Shown: piece after piece, positions 1 to 11,975 of the stretch
Numbering within the stretch: the first letter of the stretch is position 1
Layout: each line of letters begins with the position of its first letter
NCBI GenBank assembly: GCA_040754455.1
Contig: JBFMCP010000004.1
Span: 32,001 to 96,000, forward strand
Length of the DNA: 64,000 nucleotides
Source of the DNA: Nitrospirota bacterium
GTDB lineage: Bacteria > Nitrospirota > Thermodesulfovibrionia > Thermodesulfovibrionales > Dissulfurispiraceae
Reading direction: 5' to 3'
Notes under the pieces: generated by a model
What the model saw: the letters and a program-made list of their open reading frames with translations, nothing else
Told to the model about the DNA's origin: nothing
The model's database searches: none
Program-made: the position numbers and the translations under genes

Positions 1-265
1 TCACAACCGGTCGAAGTGCTTGATCAATTATATATAGATGCGAGTTGTCCTTCATACCATTCCAGTCTCTGATTAAGACATCTATATGGTTGCTGCAAGC
101 ACGAGATGGAGAGCCAGGAGTACCTGCCTTTTGGGAATGGCCATTTTGACCTGGTTGCAAGGGAACAGGAAAATAACATTTCAAACTAATAATTTACTCT
201 GCCTGAGTAGTAAAAAGGCGTTGAATATTAAAGTTATTTTACACACAGCCGATAACATTCCCACC

Positions 266-1447
266 ATGCCTCAACGCTATCGAGAAGAAATTCTTGCCAG
301 AATCAGAAACGGCTATTCCCTCCCCGTTTTGTCTCCGGTTGCCGTCAGATTGATCGAAATGGCGTCGAGTGAGACTTGTTCGGTGCAGGATATGGCGTGT
401 CTTATTGAGCAGGACCAGTCCCTGGCAGTGCGCGTTGTCAATCTGTCGAACGCCGCGTTTTTCCGTACGGGAGAGCAGGTGAGCTCTATTGATCATGCGG
501 TCCAGAGGGTCGGCTTCAACCGCCTCCGGGTGATGGCGCTGACACTCTCCCTGCGTGACATCTTTCCTATGGGAAAAGTAGGACCGGTGGATTACGAGGA
601 GTTCTGGCGTGCGTCGCTCTACCGTGCAGTGTTCGCAAAATCGCTCGCCGCACGGCTCGGCACCTGCAATCCTGATGAGGCTTTTCTCTCGGCGCTGACG
701 CTCGAGGTGGGCTTTTTGATCTTTACCGATATGCTCCTGAAGGACCGGCGCGACATCGAACGGTTTGATCTCCATCATCTTGATGCGCTTCTTGCCTGGG
801 AGACAAAGCATTACGGTGTCAATCACCGGGAGATCGGCGAGGAAGCGCTCAGGTACTGGGGGTTCCCGGAAGAGATCGTGGAATGCCAGAGATACTATCA
901 TGTGGGCTTCAGGGACGAAGGGGCCCCGCAGCTTGCCGCGGTCTGCGATATCGCGAGGAGCTTTTCGAGCATCGTGAATGAGAAAACCGCGAGCTGGCAT
1001 ATACCGTTCTATGAGGCGAAAACGGTCTACGGCATTGAAAGCGACCTGCTGGTGAGGATGCTCTCCACTGCTTTCGATGAGGTGCAGGATATCTCTATGA
1101 GCCTGAAGCTGGTGAGAAGCAGGGATAAAGATATTATGGCGGTCCTGCAAAAAGCACAAGAAGCGCTGAAGGGGCTTGCTGCTTCTGCGGAGCAGTGGCA
1201 TGCGTATGCTGTCAAAAGGGTTGCCAATGGCAACGGCACCCCTGTTGAAAAGGAATTTCTCGTCTTGAAGAGAAGACTCCGGCACGCGGCAGGTGAAATC
1301 AAAGAAGCAATGAGACCCATTCACGACTTCGCTTATATAATAAAAGGCTCTCTCGATCGAATGACAGGACCCTGCGTATGCGCTGAAACGATTATCGCTG
1401 AATGCGGTAAGTTGAATCGAACCTTAGCGTTGTTGCCGATGAAGTAG
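266..1447 (+). CDS. HDOD domain signal-transduction protein with a degenerate HisKA-like C-terminus
   Basis: HDOD motifs LPVLSPVA, DQSLAVRVVNLSN, EEFWRAS and NHREIGEEALRYWGFP. Start placed at ATG 266 within ORF 86..1447. Confidence 0.85.
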   Translation: MPQRYREEILARIRNGYSLPVLSPVAVRLIEMASSETCSVQDMACLIEQDQSLAVRVVNLSNAAFFRTGEQVSSIDHAVQRVGFNRLRVMALTLSLRDIFPMGKVGPVDYEEFWRASLYRAVFAKSLAARLGTCNPDEAFLSALTLEVGFLIFTDMLLKDRRDIERFDLHHLDALLAWETKHYGVNHREIGEEALRYWGFPEEIVECQRYYHVGFRDEGAPQLAAVCDIARSFSSIVNEKTASWHIPFYEAKTVYGIESDLLVRMLSTAFDEVQDISMSLKLVRSRDKDIMAVLQKAQEALKGLAASAEQWHAYAVKRVANGNGTPVEKEFLVLKRRLRHAAGEIKEAMRPIHDFAYIIKGSLDRMTGPCVCAETIIAECGKLNRTLALLPMK

Positions 1448-1500
1448 AAGCCTGTACAGCAACTTCCACCAGCTGCAGTATGCCCCCTGAGAATCCTCTG

Positions 1501-3588
1501 CTATCTGGATGCTTTGGCCTTTTCAGCTGTCGGCACAAGATCTTTGTGCGGCACGCCCGCGCGGAACGAGAACAATGAGTCGAGTGCTGATGCAATATAA
1601 CTGTAAAGAGCTGTGGATAATTCTTTCACCCGCGCATCTGACAATGTTACCTGTGTTGCATCCCAGGGATTGAGCTTGTACTGATAGGTGACAGGAGCGA
1701 GCTTCGGAGAGGCGATCAAGAGCTGATCGCCGCTGATAAAGCCGACGATCTGGCTGTTCCCCGACGGCTTGACAACCGCCCATCCCTGATCACCCGGTGC
1801 AACACGGAAGAGGTCCCTCCCCCAGGACTGATTCGCTCCTCTGTTTCCCATAAGTCCCATCACGGTGGGCAGTACATCGACCTGGCTGCCTACGGTATGA
1901 GCCCGTTTCCCCGCCCATTTCGGATCGCCGGGATAGTAGAGGAGCAGCGGGATATGAAAGGCCGCAAGGTCGAGCGGCGTTTTCAGCGATCCATAACCAA
2001 AGCCGTGATCACCGAGTATTACGAACAGTGTATCTTTAAACCACGGCTCTTTGCTTGCCGCATCGAAGAATTTCCCCAACGCCCAATCTGCATACCTGAT
2101 GCCGTTTAATCTCGGGATGAGGTGCTCCGGCCCTGTGAGGTCTTTGAATGGAGCAGGCGAGGGGAGATCAAAAGGAGCATGATTGCTCAATGTCTGCAGG
2201 AAGGCGAAGGCAGGACCCTCATCTGAAAGCCGCCGGATTTCCTCCACTCCTCTCATGAACATATCTTCATCTGAAACTCCCCACGTCGGATCTTTATGTT
2301 TTGGATTGCGGTAGTCGTTCCTGCCCACAAAGTGCTTCATGCCCTGATTGCGGAAGAAGCCTTCCTGATTATCCCAGGTAAAGTCCCCGTTGTAGACATA
2401 GATGGAGTGAAAACCCGCTTCGCTCAGCAGCGATATGAAGGAGCGGAAGGGCTGCTTTGCAAGGCTGTGCTTCATGAGATACTCGAACCCGGGGAGATTG
2501 GGGAAACTGCAGATCGTTGCGAATACCCCCTGATGCGTATGGGTCCCCTGGGAAAAGAAACGGTCGAAGAGAATTCCCTTTCGGGCAATCCGATCGAACT
2601 GCGGTGTCGCTCCATAGGGAGCTCCCAGCGCGCCGACGAATTCAGCAGAGAGGCTTTCCATGAGAATGACGACTACATGCCGCGGCGGTGTTGAGAACGT
2701 TACTGTTCGTCCGTTGCTCCCCGGATAGCGAAGGAGCGGGTAGATGTCCTGAGCAAAGGGGTGATCTCCGGGCTGTAGGATGAGCGAGCGGGTGGTTTCA
2801 AGGGTCTCCTTTCGGGGGATCTTATTGCGCCAGAACTTCGTAAGATCATGCCGCTTCTGTTCCAATACCGTTCTCGACAGGGTGTAGATGCCGTTCAGGG
2901 CAAGGTGGTTGGCAAACGTATGTTTGCTGAAATAGGCATCACCCCATCGTAACGGCTTCGAATTCGTGATCCCTCCGCGGGCCCCGATGATCAGCACGGC
3001 GATGAGGACAATCCCGACGGGGAGGACCTTTTTAAGGTGTCTTTCTCTTGAGAATGAAGGTGCAGAGGGCATAAGCTTTGCAAGTTGCCGCTTGAGAATA
3101 TAAGCGATGAGCGCAGTCGCTGCGAGCCATAAGAGCGTATAGCGAATGACAGGGAATCCGTACCATATCATAGTTGCGACGGTTGCAGGATCATCCTTGA
3201 TATATTCAAGGGCAAGCTGATTGAAGCGGTCGTGAAATTCGCGGTAGAACTCCCACTCCGCCAGGCCGAGGAAGACGAGGGGGGACCAGAGGAGCGCCAA
3301 GCCCCAGGGGAGGAGTTTCAATGCAACGGAGCGGTACTGCCATCCATAACGGGGGACAAGAAGCCACAATGCCAGCGGGAAGAGGAGATAGCTCGTTACC
3401 GTGAGATCGAATCGTGCGCCTACAAGAAAACTCTGGGCCAGGGTGCCTGCCGGAATATCGACGGTAAGAATGTTGTTGCGCCAGAGCATGCCGAGCCGCA
3501 GAAGGAAAAATACTACCAGCCAGCCAACGGAAAGGCGAAGGATATAAGAAAATTCAGGAATGATCTTCGGTGTTTTGCGCATGGGCAC
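1501..3588 (-). CDS. LTA synthase family / alkaline-phosphatase-superfamily sulfatase-like membrane protein
   Basis: About five N-terminal TM helices, then a sulfatase-like domain (VILMESLS, TLSNHAPF, ILGDHG, SQVDVLPT). Start could be ATG 3582. Confidence 0.85.
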   Translation of the reverse strand: MPMRKTPKIIPEFSYILRLSVGWLVVFFLLRLGMLWRNNILTVDIPAGTLAQSFLVGARFDLTVTSYLLFPLALWLLVPRYGWQYRSVALKLLPWGLALLWSPLVFLGLAEWEFYREFHDRFNQLALEYIKDDPATVATMIWYGFPVIRYTLLWLAATALIAYILKRQLAKLMPSAPSFSRERHLKKVLPVGIVLIAVLIIGARGGITNSKPLRWGDAYFSKHTFANHLALNGIYTLSRTVLEQKRHDLTKFWRNKIPRKETLETTRSLILQPGDHPFAQDIYPLLRYPGSNGRTVTFSTPPRHVVVILMESLSAEFVGALGAPYGATPQFDRIARKGILFDRFFSQGTHTHQGVFATICSFPNLPGFEYLMKHSLAKQPFRSFISLLSEAGFHSIYVYNGDFTWDNQEGFFRNQGMKHFVGRNDYRNPKHKDPTWGVSDEDMFMRGVEEIRRLSDEGPAFAFLQTLSNHAPFDLPSPAPFKDLTGPEHLIPRLNGIRYADWALGKFFDAASKEPWFKDTLFVILGDHGFGYGSLKTPLDLAAFHIPLLLYYPGDPKWAGKRAHTVGSQVDVLPTVMGLMGNRGANQSWGRDLFRVAPGDQGWAVVKPSGNSQIVGFISGDQLLIASPKLAPVTYQYKLNPWDATQVTLSDARVKELSTALYSYIASALDSLFSFRAGVPHKDLVPTAEKAKASR

Positions 3589-3632
3589 TACAATGGTCTT
3601 AAGCTTTCTCTCTAATAATAGTTCAGGAAGGC

Positions 3633-3641
3633 ATTATACCA
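3633..3641 (-). promoter_or_regulatory. Extended -10 element (TGGTATAAT) upstream of the LTA synthase family gene
   Basis: Minus strand reads TGnTATAAT about 45 bp upstream of the start codon. Confidence 0.55.
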
Positions 3642-3671
3642 TAATCAGGTGTGCCCAGCGCTGATGAGAAT

Positions 3672-4015
3672 TGGTGGAGGCGGTGGGATTCGAACCCACG
3701 TCCGAAAGTACTACTCTCAAGCCTCTACATGCTTATCCTGCCTATTTAATCTCGGATGCCAGATTGCCGGCAGGCAGGCCTGCTGACATCCCATCCCCTC
3801 AGTCTTTCGTCAGGCTTAAGGGAGTCACCTGACGGCAGCCTGCTGTATGACGCTGGTCTCTCAAGCACAGACAACCCAAGAGGAGCGTGCTGCTCGTTAA
3901 GCAGCGAGTGCCAGTTCGTTGTTGGCGTTTGTGTTTTTTTCCACCTTTTTACGTGGTGATGGAGCCACGGCATGCCACTTGAGCCTCATAACCCCCGTCG
4001 AGTCCTGTCGCCCCC
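3672..4015 (-). ncRNA. ssrA: tmRNA, proteolysis tag ANNELALAA*
   Basis: 5' GGGGGCG pairs with 3' CGCCTCC-A-CCA, including a G3:U alanine identity pair. T-loop GGTTCGAATCC. Tag frame GCC AAC AAC GAA CTG GCA CTC GCT GCT TAA at 3926..3897. Adjacent to smpB. Confidence 0.97.
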
Positions 4016-4023
4016 TACGTGGT

Positions 4024-4088
4024 AAAATCCAAAACCCCAAATCTCAAATTCCAAATTTGTTTGGAGTTTGATACTTGGTCATTGGAAT
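4024..4088. repeat. Palindromic heptamer-repeat array in the ssrA leader
   Basis: aaaatcc aaaaccc caaatct caaattc caaattt gt ttggagt ttgatac ttggtca ttggaat. Confidence 0.75.
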
Positions 4089-4095
4089 TTAATCT

Positions 4096-4104
4096 ATTAT
4101 ACCA
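4096..4104 (-). promoter_or_regulatory. Extended -10 (TGGTATAAT), putative ssrA promoter
   Basis: Perfect TGnTATAAT on the minus strand about 80 bp upstream of the mature tmRNA 5' end. Confidence 0.6.
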
Positions 4105-4152
4105 TATACCGCGGGTGTGAATCCTGCTCTCCTTCTTCCATAATGTCGTAAT

Positions 4153-4599
4153 TCAGCCTCTGTTTTTTATTGCTTTTTCGATATCTCTTTTGGCCTCGCG
4201 CTCTTTGATGGTCTCTCTCTTTTCGTATTCCTTTTTGCCTTTTGCGAGGCCTATTTCGACTTTGGCGTAAGGTCCTTTGAAATAGATTTTCAGCGGCACG
4301 AGGGTATAGCCCTTCTGCTGGGCCCTGCCTTTCATCCGCTCGATTTCCTTCCGGTTGAGAAGGAGTTTTCTTGTCCTCACTGGATCATGGTTCATGATAT
4401 TGCCGTGCGTATAAGGACTTATGTGGCAATTGAAGAGGAACACTTCGCCGTCTTTGATAAGCACGTAGCTGTCTTTGAGGTTGGCTTTGCCGTCGCGCAG
4501 CGACTTTACCTCGGTGCCGAGGAGCTGGATGCCCGCTTCGAGGGTATCTTCAATGCTGTAGTCATGATATGCTTTTCTGTTCTGCGCGACGACTTTCAT
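4153..4599 (-). CDS. smpB: SsrA-binding protein
   Basis: [36 protein letters not shown] motifs; next to tmRNA. Confidence 0.98.
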   Translation of the reverse strand: MKVVAQNRKAYHDYSIEDTLEAGIQLLGTEVKSLRDGKANLKDSYVLIKDGEVFLFNCHISPYTHGNIMNHDPVRTRKLLLNRKEIERMKGRAQQKGYTLVPLKIYFKGPYAKVEIGLAKGKKEYEKRETIKEREAKRDIEKAIKNRG

Positions 4600-4630
4600 A
4601 CTCTTTATGATAACAAATAATAAAAGGATA

Positions 4631-4722
4631 GGGTTCAGGCGTTCGAAGGTTCAAGGTGTCGAGTGAGCCTGTATTCTCACCCCCTCGGCCACTTGCCCCC
4701 CTGCTTTCTTCGTTTGGACCCT
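4631..4722. repeat. Palindromic octamer-repeat array
   Basis: gggttcag gcgttcga aggttcaa ggtgtcga gtgag ... ctcac ... ctcggcca cttgcccc ... ggaccc. Confidence 0.55.
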
Positions 4723-4786
4723 GTCTTTTCTTTGCGAAAATCAACTATAATGCTATTCTAATTCATAATCGATTGCGGAGGTCTTT

Positions 4787-5221
4787 ATGAGAAGGCTTTT
4801 TACGGCGACAGCAGCTCTGATAATACTGGTGGTTATTGTTTCCTGCGGCGGGAAGAAGGAGGCTATCAGGACCTCCGAGGATTCGAGGATTGCAACCGAG
4901 GCGTTTAAAGTCGTCGAGGATATAAAAGAGGCCTACCTTAAAAAAGATGTCCAGACCATTGAGCGGAACACAACCAGAGAGGGTTTCAAGGTCATCAGCC
5001 AGACAGTGAGAAGGTTTGACTCTGCCTCGCTGAATTTCAACCCTGTATGGACGGAAATAGAGCAGGATGGCACGGTGAATCTCAATGTCTCATGGACCGG
5101 CACCTGGAAGAGAGGGAGCTCCACATTCGACGAACGGGGCATGGCGGTATTTGTGCTCAAAGGCAGACCGCTCAAGGTGGATGCTATTGTCAGGGAGAAT
5201 CCTTTCAGGTACCCTGAATAG
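4787..5221 (+). CDS. Hypothetical lipoprotein
   Basis: RBS GGAGG; signal peptide with lipobox-like VVIVS-C. Confidence 0.75.
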   Translation: MRRLFTATAALIILVVIVSCGGKKEAIRTSEDSRIATEAFKVVEDIKEAYLKKDVQTIERNTTREGFKVISQTVRRFDSASLNFNPVWTEIEQDGTVNLNVSWTGTWKRGSSTFDERGMAVFVLKGRPLKVDAIVRENPFRYPE

Positions 5222-5271
5222 GGCTTTTCTCCGCTGCCGGACATGGATACCCGCCATGCCTTTGGTTGTTT

Positions 5272-5958
5272 CTATATCGGATTGCCCCATTTCCCTTTCC
5301 TCGTCGGTGCTTTAAGAGCCGCTTGTAACCGCTCCATGAATTCCGAACGGGGGACTTCTTTTGCCCCGAAGCTTATGAGATGCTCTGTCGTCACTTGGCA
5401 ATCGATCATGGTGAAGCCCCACTCGACGAGCCGGCGGACGAGTTTGACAAACGCGACCTTTGATGCATTGCTCCGCTTTGCGAACATGGACTCCCCGAAG
5501 AAAGCACTGCCGAGGGCGATGCCATAGAGTCCGCCGACGAGGCTGCCTTCGTGCCAGCTCTCGACAGAGTGAGCATAGCCTGAACGATGGAGGCGAATAT
5601 AGGCTGCCTCCATTTCCCCCGTAATCCATGTGCCGTCGCTTCTTTTCCGTTTTATAGAAGCACAGTTTCTGATCACCTCTTCAAATGCGGTATCCATCGT
5701 CACCCGGTAGATATCTTTGTTGATGAACTGCCTTAGGCTCCTCGAAATCTTCAGCTCTTCAGGTAACAGGATAAGACGCGGGTCAGGCGACCACCAGAGG
5801 ATCGGATATTCCTCCGAATACCAGGGGAATATGCCCATCGAGTAGGCAAGCAGGAGGCGATCTTCACTCAGATCGCCGCCGACAGCGAGGAGTCCGTCAT
5901 CTTCAGCCAGTTCGGGAGGGGGGAATATAAGCTCTCTGGATAAACGAAAGATAGTCAT
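5272..5958 (-). CDS. aat: Leucyl/phenylalanyl-tRNA--protein transferase
   Basis: GLLAVGGDL, GIFPW, WWSPDPR, FFGESMF, IDCQ motifs; downstream of clpA. Confidence 0.97.
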   Translation of the reverse strand: MTIFRLSRELIFPPPELAEDDGLLAVGGDLSEDRLLLAYSMGIFPWYSEEYPILWWSPDPRLILLPEELKISRSLRQFINKDIYRVTMDTAFEEVIRNCASIKRKRSDGTWITGEMEAAYIRLHRSGYAHSVESWHEGSLVGGLYGIALGSAFFGESMFAKRSNASKVAFVKLVRRLVEWGFTMIDCQVTTEHLISFGAKEVPRSEFMERLQAALKAPTRKGKWGNPI

Positions 5959-6011
5959 GATCTATTTTAAAGCATGAGCAGAGAAGAAGTATGCGGTGTC
6001 AAAACAGAGGG

Positions 6012-8264
6012 CTAAGAATATTTAAAGGTCAGACGCTCGTCTTCCAGGTCGATGTGTACCTTCCCTCCCTTGATCAGCTTGCCGAAAAGCACTTCCTCGG
6101 AAATGGCGTTCTTCACCTTTTCCTGAATGAGCCGTCCCAGCGGCCGCGCTCCGAAGAGCGGGTCGTATCCGTTTTTTGCAAGCCATTCGCTGGCTGCATC
6201 GGAGAGCGTGATCCGGACCTTTTTCTGGTCGAGCTGGTGCTGCAGTTCGGCAATGAACTTGTCGACGATCTTTCTCATGACCGGCGGCGTTATGGGATTG
6301 AAATTGATAATGCCATCGAGACGGTTCCTGAATTCAGGGCTGAAGAGCCGGTTGACGGCATCGGTACCTTTTGCCTGTGTATCCTTGCTCCGGTCGCCGA
6401 AGCCGACCACGCTCCTCGTCATATCTTTTGCCCCGGCATTGGAGGTCATGATGAGAATGACGTTTCTGAAATCCGCTTTTTTGCCGTTATTGTCGGTCAG
6501 CGTCGCGTAGTCCATCACCTGGAGCAGGATGCTGAAGAGGTCGGGATGTGCCTTCTCGATCTCATCGAGCAGGAGGACGCAATAAGGATGCTTCCTGATC
6601 CCGTCGGTCAGCAATCCTCCCTGGTCGAACCCCACATAGCCCGGAGGCGCCCCGATAAGACGCGCGACCGCATGTTTTTCCATGTATTCGCTCATGTCAA
6701 AGCGCATAAACTGGACGCCGAGCACTGCAGCCATCTGCTTCGATACTTCCGTTTTACCGACACCAGTAGGGCCGGTGAAGAGGAACGATCCGATGGGCCG
6801 GTCAGGTGAGCCGAGGCCTGCCCTGGAGCGCTTGATGGCGGCAACGAGCGAGTGGATCGCGTCATCCTGACCGTAGACCACCCGCTTCAGTTCGTCTTCG
6901 AGCTTTTTCAGCCGGTCCATATCAGAGGTCGATATAGTCCTCGAGGGAATTTTTGCGATCTTTGCTACAACCTTTTCGACATCGGCAACGCCGACGGTCT
7001 TCTTGGCCTTGTACGCGGAAGAGAGCTTCAGCACCGCCCCTGCTTCATCGATCACATCAATCGCCTTATCGGGAAGGTAGCGGTCGTTGATGTACTTGGC
7101 GGAGAGCTCTGCTGCCGCCCGCAGTGCCCCTCTGGTGTAGGTGACGCCGTGGAAGTCCTCATAGTAATCCTTCAATCCGTCGAGAATATGCACGGTCTCC
7201 TCAACGTCCGGCTCCTGAATCTCGATCTTCTGGAACCTCCTCGAGAGTGCACGGTCTTTTTCGAAGTGGTTCTTGTATTCTTCATAGGTCGTTGCGCCGA
7301 TGCAGCGCAGTCTGCCCGAGTTCAGCAGGGGCTTCAGTATGTTCGATGCATCCATGGAGCTGCCGCTCGTTGCGCCGGCGCCGACGACCGTATGGATTTC
7401 GTCGATGAAGAGGATGGCGTTCTTGATCTTTTCAATGCCCTTCATCGCCGCCTTCAGGCGAGCTTCGAAATCGCCCCGGTATTTTGTCCCGGCGAGCAGG
7501 GCCCCCATATCGAGAGAGAATATCTTTACTGACTTGAGTGCATCGGGCACGTTCCCTTCGTGAATTCTTAAAGCAAGGCCTTCGACAATGGCGGTCTTGC
7601 CCACACCGGGCTCGCCGACGAAGATGATATTGTTCTTTCTCCGTCTGCTCAACACCTGAATAGTCCTTTTGAGCTCCATATCGCGCCCGACAAGGGGATC
7701 GATCTCTCCGCACGCTGCCTTTTCGACCAGCTCGACGGTGAATTGTTTCAGAGGATCTCTGCTCGGCGCTCCCCCCTGGCCGGGACGGGGTGCATCCTCC
7801 CTATCCTCGTCTTCCGAAATCGGTTCCTCGGGCATTATTGAGGCGCCGTGGGAAATATAATTGAGAATATCCAACCGTGAAATACCTTCTGACTCGAGGA
7901 AGTAGGCGGCGTGGGAGTCATCTTCGAGAAGAAGGCTCGCCAGGATATCGCCGGCATCGACCTCCTCTTTCCCTGCGGACCTGATGTGGTGGAGCGCCCT
8001 CTGGATCACCCGCTGAAAGCCGACCGTGGTGCGTGGATAGGTATCGGTTTTTTTCGGCAGTTTGGGGACTTTTTCCTGAAAGAACTGTTCAAGCAGGGAC
8101 TTGAGCCGCGCCACATCCCCTCCGCAGCCGGTAATGATCTCGGCACCCCATTCGTCATGGAGCAGCGCGAGCAGGAGGTGCTCGATTGTCAGGTACTCAT
8201 GCCGTCTGCTTTCCGCATCCCGTATGGTTGCCTCGATGGACAGTTCCAGTTCTTTATTGATCAT
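6012..8264 (-). CDS. clpA: ATP-dependent Clp protease ATP-binding subunit ClpA
   Basis: Two AAA modules ([16 protein letters not shown]). The start ATG overlaps the clpS stop (ATGA). Confidence 0.96.
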   Translation of the reverse strand: MINKELELSIEATIRDAESRRHEYLTIEHLLLALLHDEWGAEIITGCGGDVARLKSLLEQFFQEKVPKLPKKTDTYPRTTVGFQRVIQRALHHIRSAGKEEVDAGDILASLLLEDDSHAAYFLESEGISRLDILNYISHGASIMPEEPISEDEDREDAPRPGQGGAPSRDPLKQFTVELVEKAACGEIDPLVGRDMELKRTIQVLSRRRKNNIIFVGEPGVGKTAIVEGLALRIHEGNVPDALKSVKIFSLDMGALLAGTKYRGDFEARLKAAMKGIEKIKNAILFIDEIHTVVGAGATSGSSMDASNILKPLLNSGRLRCIGATTYEEYKNHFEKDRALSRRFQKIEIQEPDVEETVHILDGLKDYYEDFHGVTYTRGALRAAAELSAKYINDRYLPDKAIDVIDEAGAVLKLSSAYKAKKTVGVADVEKVVAKIAKIPSRTISTSDMDRLKKLEDELKRVVYGQDDAIHSLVAAIKRSRAGLGSPDRPIGSFLFTGPTGVGKTEVSKQMAAVLGVQFMRFDMSEYMEKHAVARLIGAPPGYVGFDQGGLLTDGIRKHPYCVLLLDEIEKAHPDLFSILLQVMDYATLTDNNGKKADFRNVILIMTSNAGAKDMTRSVVGFGDRSKDTQAKGTDAVNRLFSPEFRNRLDGIINFNPITPPVMRKIVDKFIAELQHQLDQKKVRITLSDAASEWLAKNGYDPLFGARPLGRLIQEKVKNAISEEVLFGKLIKGGKVHIDLEDERLTFKYS

Positions 8265-8575
8265 TCTTTCTCCATTATGCATTTGAGCGGAAACTGGTTC
8301 TTCCGCGCGAGGTCATGCACTGCGGCGACCTTTGTTTCCGCAATGTCCCTGGTATAAACACCGGCGACCCCCCTGCCGTTCTTGTGGACATGGAGCATGA
8401 TCTGCGTTGCCTCGGGAGGCGATTTGTGGAACACCTTCTCGAGGACCAGCACGACGAAGTCCATGGTCGTGTAATCGTCATTCAGAAGAACGACCTTGTA
8501 GAGGCGCGGTGTTGTCGCCTTTTTGCGGGTTTTTACTTCGAGCTCTTCTTCGAATTCGTGGAGATGGTCAGCCAT
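8261..8575 (-). CDS. clpS: Clp protease adaptor ClpS
   Basis: [27 protein letters not shown] motifs. Confidence 0.97.
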   Translation of the reverse strand: MADHLHEFEEELEVKTRKKATTPRLYKVVLLNDDYTTMDFVVLVLEKVFHKSPPEATQIMLHVHKNGRGVAGVYTRDIAETKVAAVHDLARKNQFPLKCIMEKE

Positions 8576-8621
8576 GTCGATTCGCCCTGTTTGTTGCGGC
8601 AAAAATACCGGTTATCAGAAC

Positions 8622-8825
8622 CTATTTGCAGGAACTGCATGCCCCTGAGCTGCAGGATGAGCATCCTGAAGAGGAGGACTTCTCCACTCCGCTCATGCCG
8701 AATACCGAGAACTTTTTCTCGATATGCTCCGAGGCGCATTTGATACAGGTCACCTTCTGGTTGCCGAACACGAGCTTTTCGAATTCCTGCCCGCACCGGG
8801 TGCACTTATATTCATAAATCGGCAT
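8622..8825 (-). CDS. FmdB family zinc-ribbon protein
   Basis: [12 protein letters not shown]...CIKC plus a C-terminal [12 protein letters not shown] tail. Confidence 0.88.
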   Translation of the reverse strand: MPIYEYKCTRCGQEFEKLVFGNQKVTCIKCASEHIEKKFSVFGMSGVEKSSSSGCSSCSSGACSSCK

Positions 8826-8995
8826 ATGCTATCACCTTCTATGGTCGTGGAACATTGCTCAATAAACCTTTATTTTAGTATAACATAGTGCTTGCATTAT
8901 TAGAGCAAATCCTTTAAGGTAAAAATAGCGTCAGGAAGGGGCAGAAGAATCACTGTACCTGCAGCGATTCACGAAACGAGCAACAGGAGGAGCTA

Positions 8996-9232
8996 ATGGG
9001 AATAAGCAAGGGTCAAAGCCTTCAGGACAATTTTTTGAACCAGTTGAGAAAAGACAGAATACCGGTCATCATCTATCTTACCAACGGGGTGCGTCTGAAG
9101 GGTGTCGTCAAGGGTTTTGACAATTTTGTTATCCTGATCAAGGAATCAAACGAGCAGCTTATCTACAAACACGCCGTTTCCACGATCGTTCCTGAAAAGC
9201 CCGTCGATCTGAGAGTCGAAAACAGCGATTGA
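8996..9232 (+). CDS. hfq: RNA chaperone Hfq
   Basis: [43 protein letters not shown]. Confidence 0.97.
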   Translation: MGISKGQSLQDNFLNQLRKDRIPVIIYLTNGVRLKGVVKGFDNFVILIKESNEQLIYKHAVSTIVPEKPVDLRVENSD

Positions 9233-9630
9233 TGCAGGCCTTTAGAAATCCCATCCCAACTGTTGATATAATCATCGAATACAGAAACGGCATTGTCCTG
9301 GTGAAGCGCAAGAACCCTCCGTTCGGGTGGGCCATCCCCGGAGGGTTCGTTGATTACGGAGAAAGCCTCGAAAGGGCGGCGGTACGGGAGGCACGAGAGG
9401 AAACCGGGCTGGAGGTGAAGCTTACCAGGCAGATGCATACCTATTCCGATCCCGGAAGGGACGAACGATTCCACACCATTACGACGGTGTATATCGCAAC
9501 GGGAGAGGGAGAAGCGAACGCAGGAGATGATGCAAAGGAAGTCGGTGTCTTTCAGAAGGATACGCTTCCGGAAGACATTGTCTTTGACCATAAGGATATT
9601 CTCAACGATTACTTTACCGGGAGGTATTGA
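9232..9630 (+). CDS. NUDIX hydrolase
   Basis: Nudix box [30 protein letters not shown] motif. Confidence 0.92.
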   Translation: MQAFRNPIPTVDIIIEYRNGIVLVKRKNPPFGWAIPGGFVDYGESLERAAVREAREETGLEVKLTRQMHTYSDPGRDERFHTITTVYIATGEGEANAGDDAKEVGVFQKDTLPEDIVFDHKDILNDYFTGRY

Positions 9631-9633
9631 CTC

Positions 9634-10299
9634 ATGCTGCAGTCCATGAGAAAACATGCAAAGTTTTTCTACTTTTTATTTTTTATCGTGATCCTTTCCT
9701 TTGTCTTCTGGGGGGTGGGAACGCAGGACCGGCAGACCACGGTCAGCGTTGCCGAGATAGGCAAGGAGAAGATTACTGCCGAAGAATACTGGAGAACCTA
9801 CGAGCGCATGCGGGAAATGTACCGGGAGATGTACAAGGGGCAGCTCACCGAGGAAGTGGAGAAGAATATGAAGCTCAAGGAAACCGTGCTCAACGGCCTT
9901 GTAGAGGAGAAGGTGCTGCTCGTGGCAGCGCGGGACATCGGCATGACCGTGACCGACAGGGAACTCCAGGATGTGATATCGAACGATCCTCGTTTCATGA
10001 GGGACGGCATCTTCAGACAGGATGTCTACTTCAAGGCGCTTGAGCTTTCGAGAATTACTCCCGAGGCTTTTGAGAATTCACTGCGGGAACAGCTTCTGGC
10101 AGGAAAGATGCGGAGGCTTATCTGGGCTTCTGTTGAGGTGGGTCCCGCTGATCTCAAAAATATGCCGGCAGACGAGAAGCAGGCGGCTGCGATAATGCAG
10201 ACCATGCTCATGAGCAAAAGGAACGAGGCGGTAAAATCCTATGTCGACGGGTTGAAACAGCGGATGAACGTGAAAGTAAACATTGATATTATTTCGTAA
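9634..10299 (+). CDS. SurA N-terminal domain (PpiD-like) membrane-anchored chaperone without a rotamase domain
   Basis: MLQSMRK, TM segment IVILSFVFWGVG, SurA_N-like helices; no PPIase domain visible. Confidence 0.8.
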   Translation: MLQSMRKHAKFFYFLFFIVILSFVFWGVGTQDRQTTVSVAEIGKEKITAEEYWRTYERMREMYREMYKGQLTEEVEKNMKLKETVLNGLVEEKVLLVAARDIGMTVTDRELQDVISNDPRFMRDGIFRQDVYFKALELSRITPEAFENSLREQLLAGKMRRLIWASVEVGPADLKNMPADEKQAAAIMQTMLMSKRNEAVKSYVDGLKQRMNVKVNIDIIS

Positions 10300-10310
10300 C
10301 CGACAACAAG

Positions 10311-10460
10311 GCAGAAATCAGTCGGAGCGACCCTTCGCGTAGACCCGCTTCGGGAAGCCAGAATGCAGAATTCAGAATAACGTATTTTAAAGGGTTTGTG
10401 AATATTTGCCGTTATTCTGACTCCTGAATTCTGGCTTCTGTATTCTAATATTCTGACTTC
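10311..10460. repeat. Palindromic heptamer array with a nested 32-bp hairpin element
   Basis: gccagaa tgcagaa ttcagaa taacg ... cgtta ttctgac tcctgaa ttctggc ttctgta. The insert at 10322..10353 recurs at 47407..47438. Confidence 0.8.
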
Positions 10461-10473
10461 TTGTTGATAAAAA

Positions 10474-11975
<1,502 letters not shown>

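Noticed and set aside
1..55. Possible start of a minus-strand gene (MKDNSHLYIIDQALRPVV...) running off the window
   Set aside because: Too short to support, and no clear RBS.
1..3671. Possible genomic island integrated at the tmRNA 3' end
   Set aside because: No integrase and no duplicated tmRNA 3' end were seen within the window.
3762..3785. gccggcaggcaggc palindrome-like motif inside tmRNA
   Set aside because: It falls in the pseudoknot region and the tmRNA length (344 nt) is normal, so no insertion is needed to explain it.
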